The notes beneath the pieces were generated by a model. That model worked only from the letters and a program-made list of their open reading frames with translations, was not told where the DNA came from and did no database searches. Shown in pieces: positions 45,909 to 48,669 of a DNA stretch of 48,669 bases. The stretch lies in assembly GCA_045588715.1 (NCBI GenBank), contig JAZNEQ010000023.1:1-48669 (forward strand), given 5' to 3'. The position numbers were made by a program, and so were the translations under genes. This stretch comes from Eubacteriales bacterium. Its GTDB lineage: Bacteria; Bacillota; Clostridia; Oscillospirales; CAG-272. Within the stretch, counting starts at the first letter, position 1; every line of letters starts with the position of its first letter.

Positions 45909-48668
45909 TCATGCCGCACCGTACCCACAGTACGCAAACAGCCGTTCCTTCTCTTCCTTGGAAAGATCCAGCTTGTTGATGTACGCCTTGACTTGGTTCG
46001 CACCGTTCGTTTGGCGATATCCAAGATACCCCATCACCATGTATTTTTCCGTTGCCGTAAGCCTTAAGGAAGACACAAGCTTTGTGACCTTCGCTTTGCG
46101 AGAGCCGCTGATCGTCTTGCGTGCCTTCCGCTCCTCCGGGGTAAGATCCTTCCGTTTCAGCTCTTGCTTGATGGCGCGCACCTCACCGATGCCGTCAAAG
46201 AATCTGCCAACGTTCTTCATAGCATCCGCGGAGAACATGGTCAAGGAGCGCCCGATCTCGTTCTTGGAGCGCATCAAAGCACTTCGCTCGGTCATAAGGG
46301 AGTTTTGCTGGGTCTCCAAAATCACGCGTTCGAGCAGCTTCCCCGCGGCAACCTTATTTTCCTCGGTGCCGACCTTGGGACCGCCGTTCTTTTCCACCTG
46401 TGCCTGGCACGCGCCCCATGCAACGTAAATGACGTTGCGATCCGACCACCCGATGGGCTTCATCAAAACATCCACCGCCGTGTTCCTGGCTCTCTTTGCA
46501 ACGCTCTGCGCCTCGACCGCGGTATTTTCCTCGTGTCGAAGCTTGGCAAGCGGACAGTACTTGTCTACTTCTTTTTCTTTTACCTTTTTTGAAGCCTTGG
46601 CATTATTTTCATAAAATTCATTGTTGACATTCAGAGCTTTTCGTAGTATACTGGTAATGAAAAGGTGACCTTCGTCGCGGATACCCTCACTCTTTTGAGT
46701 GGTTGGCTCCGTATTGAACGACGAGGTTGCCTTTTCTGTTATTACATCGTGTAAATACATCCGTTGGCTCTGATTGTCGCGTTGAATCATAACACCCATA
46801 TAATATTTTTCGCCTGCGATGGTGATAGGAGCCGCAACGGTAATTCTTTGATAGGGCTTATTGTCCGGTTTCCAAACGTCAATAATACGCCCTTTTGCAA
46901 TAACTTCCGGAATCGCGGCAAAAGAAATCACTTTTTGTCTTGTCAATCCATGAGCTTTATCATCTCGAAAACTGGATTTTGTTATCGAAACAGCCCCAAG
47001 TTCAGGGTGCACCGCGCTATTTCCAAAAGAATCAAAGAAGTTAATTACGCGATCCTTCAAAGACGTAGCCCCATCGTCGGCAAATTCCTGTCCCGAAAGT
47101 TCTGAAACGTTTTTCATTTTCAAAACAGCTTTAGCGTTTTTGTGAAGTTTCTCCTCACTCATCCCCGCTTCGATGCGGTTGGGGTGTTCCTCCGCCTCCC
47201 GCCTTGCCTCCGAGAAAGCCTTGGCAATTCCGCGCGCGATGCAATCTCCATCCAAAACGTTGTTAGCGGCAATCACAGAGGAATACTGTGAGAACCACAC
47301 CTTCGGGTTGGCACCGAGAACGCTTGTCGCGTAGGCGCCTCGCACCTTGCCGATGAGCTTATCAAGGGTACGGTCGGTCTCCGACATGGAGTGCATCCCC
47401 TCAATATCGTTTTTGAGAGTGCGGAGGTAATTCATCGCGTATTTGCCAAAGCCCGTGTCAAGCTCGGTATTGACCGTAACGGGAACACCGGGACCGTCGT
47501 TGATATTGAGGTTTGCCAGCTTGTTGAAGTTATCTACAGCGATCGAAAGGCCATTGTAAATGCTGACCTGGTTGATATGCCGCAAAATTACGGCATCCAC
47601 GGTATCGATGTAAAGCATGGCATTCGCGCCCTTGACGGTATCTTTGTTCATGGAGAGGTTATTGACACGCTCCATGGCTTCCAGGATCGAATCTGAATCC
47701 AGGTTGATGGGACGGGAGGAGCGCACGATCGGGTAATAGTAGTTGTCAAGATCCACGTTGGTACGACCCTGGCGCTCGTTGTCGGTCTCGATCTTCAGCT
47801 TGGCGCATTCGCCGATCACGTCCTCCACGTGCTTGATATATGCAAGATCGGTGCTATCAAGCACTCCCTCGATATCCGTTTGCAAAGCCTTGACAAGTGC
47901 CAGAGCTTCGGCATCGGAATACTTGGCAGCGGGATCACCTAAGGGGGCAAGCTTATGGGAATCGTTGGTCTTTTTATCTGCCCAAACGTATCCGCTCTCT
48001 ACAAGTCCCTTATGGGAGTGCTCGCGCTTGCTCGTCATGTAAAGGGAGATCAGCACGTTTCGCGGGATCTTGTGTCCGCGGAATTCCACTTCCTCGGCAA
48101 GTCGGTTCTCGTACTTGTTGTGCTCTTCAAAAAAGGATTGATACTTGTGCCCAAGCTCAGCACGGAGTAATGCAGTCTTCATGCAGCCTTGGCGCAGGTC
48201 CTCATAAACCGAAGTAAAGAAGCCCTTGCGGTACCCGTCGGCATAGCGCATCACCGCAGCGGGATCCAGTACGTCCTTAAGGAGTTGAAAGATCTTATCC
48301 GTCACGCCGCGTTTCAGCTTTTTCACTCTGCGGACGTTTGCAATATTCTTCTTCGCGATCTCCACGGCGTCCACGTACCGCCCGTTTCGATAGACCATGT
48401 TGTAGGTTTCAATCAGCTTGGAGAAGTAAGAGACCGCGAGATCGGCACGCTTGATATCCTCGCCTGTCAGCCGCCCCTTGCCCTTGGCAAGCGCTTCCAG
48501 GCACGCCTTGACCTCTTCGTTGTAATAGCGGTTAAGCTCAATCTTTCCGTCGTCCGTCGAATGGTCACGGAAAAGCTCGTTCTCCTTCGTGTACCACTCG
48601 TTCACCGACGCGAAGAGCTTGCGCGTATTCTTATCCAGGAGCTGGCCCGCGCGCGTCATGCCCGTGAG
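45909..48668 (-). CDS. 3' part of a large polyvalent protein of phage/conjugative-element type, with an LPD3-like domain; 5' end outside the window
   Basis: Frame open to the window edge; mostly helical; GC-richer than neighbouring genes by eye; internal 'FAAIPEVIAKG...AAPITIAGEKY...RMYLHDVI' resembles LPD3/BECR-fold domains. Confidence 0.6.
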   Translation of the reverse strand, partial: LTGMTRAGQLLDKNTRKLFASVNEWYTKENELFRDHSTDDGKIELNRYYNEEVKACLEALAKGKGRLTGEDIKRADLAVSYFSKLIETYNMVYRNGRYVDAVEIAKKNIANVRRVKKLKRGVTDKIFQLLKDVLDPAAVMRYADGYRKGFFTSVYEDLRQGCMKTALLRAELGHKYQSFFEEHNKYENRLAEEVEFRGHKIPRNVLISLYMTSKREHSHKGLVESGYVWADKKTNDSHKLAPLGDPAAKYSDAEALALVKALQTDIEGVLDSTDLAYIKHVEDVIGECAKLKIETDNERQGRTNVDLDNYYYPIVRSSRPINLDSDSILEAMERVNNLSMNKDTVKGANAMLYIDTVDAVILRHINQVSIYNGLSIAVDNFNKLANLNINDGPGVPVTVNTELDTGFGKYAMNYLRTLKNDIEGMHSMSETDRTLDKLIGKVRGAYATSVLGANPKVWFSQYSSVIAANNVLDGDCIARGIAKAFSEARREAEEHPNRIEAGMSEEKLHKNAKAVLKMKNVSELSGQEFADDGATSLKDRVINFFDSFGNSAVHPELGAVSITKSSFRDDKAHGLTRQKVISFAAIPEVIAKGRIIDVWKPDNKPYQRITVAAPITIAGEKYYMGVMIQRDNQSQRMYLHDVITEKATSSFNTEPTTQKSEGIRDEGHLFITSILRKALNVNNEFYENNAKASKKVKEKEVDKYCPLAKLRHEENTAVEAQSVAKRARNTAVDVLMKPIGWSDRNVIYVAWGACQAQVEKNGGPKVGTEENKVAAGKLLERVILETQQNSLMTERSALMRSKNEIGRSLTMFSADAMKNVGRFFDGIGEVRAIKQELKRKDLTPEERKARKTISGSRKAKVTKLVSSLRLTATEKYMVMGYLGYRQTNGANQVKAYINKLDLSKEEKERLFAYCGYGAA

Positions 48669-48669
48669 C

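Overview
Chromosomal segment of a spore-forming Clostridia-type Firmicute (spoIIR, darA, sigma-A promoters; roughly 50% GC by eye). Contents from left to right: (1) an MFS transporter and GDPD; (2) a ferritin / Crp-Fnr / thioredoxin module with a shared candidate activator box; (3) an aldolase-epimerase pair, darA and a probable bile-acid 12-alpha-HSDH; (4) a ~13 kb surface glycopolymer locus (O-acyltransferase, GtrB-like GT2, Fe-S/FrhB-pyruvyltransferase fusion, DUF4422, SDR-TagD fusion, GlfT2-TagF fusion, glf, second GlfT2-like GT); (5) alsT, a HAD phosphatase and a second Crp/Fnr regulator divergent from an ldhA-ferredoxin-flavodiiron-ZIP operon; (6) an IS1182 element that appears to have carried ~3.9 kb of passenger DNA (two tandem Ntn-hydrolase paralogues and a 5'-truncated GH28-like/TIM-barrel fusion) up to a cryptic inverted repeat; (7) a 1131-aa surface protein, spoIIR, nrnA, rbfA, prmC, ddl, malQ, tRNA-Thr, a CapA-family gene and tRNA-Arg with a duplicated 3' end; (8) the 3' part of a large phage/ICE-type polyvalent protein with an in-frame, direct-repeat-bounded insert. 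No CRISPR array or rRNA was seen. All family calls come from motif recognition by eye, not from database searches.
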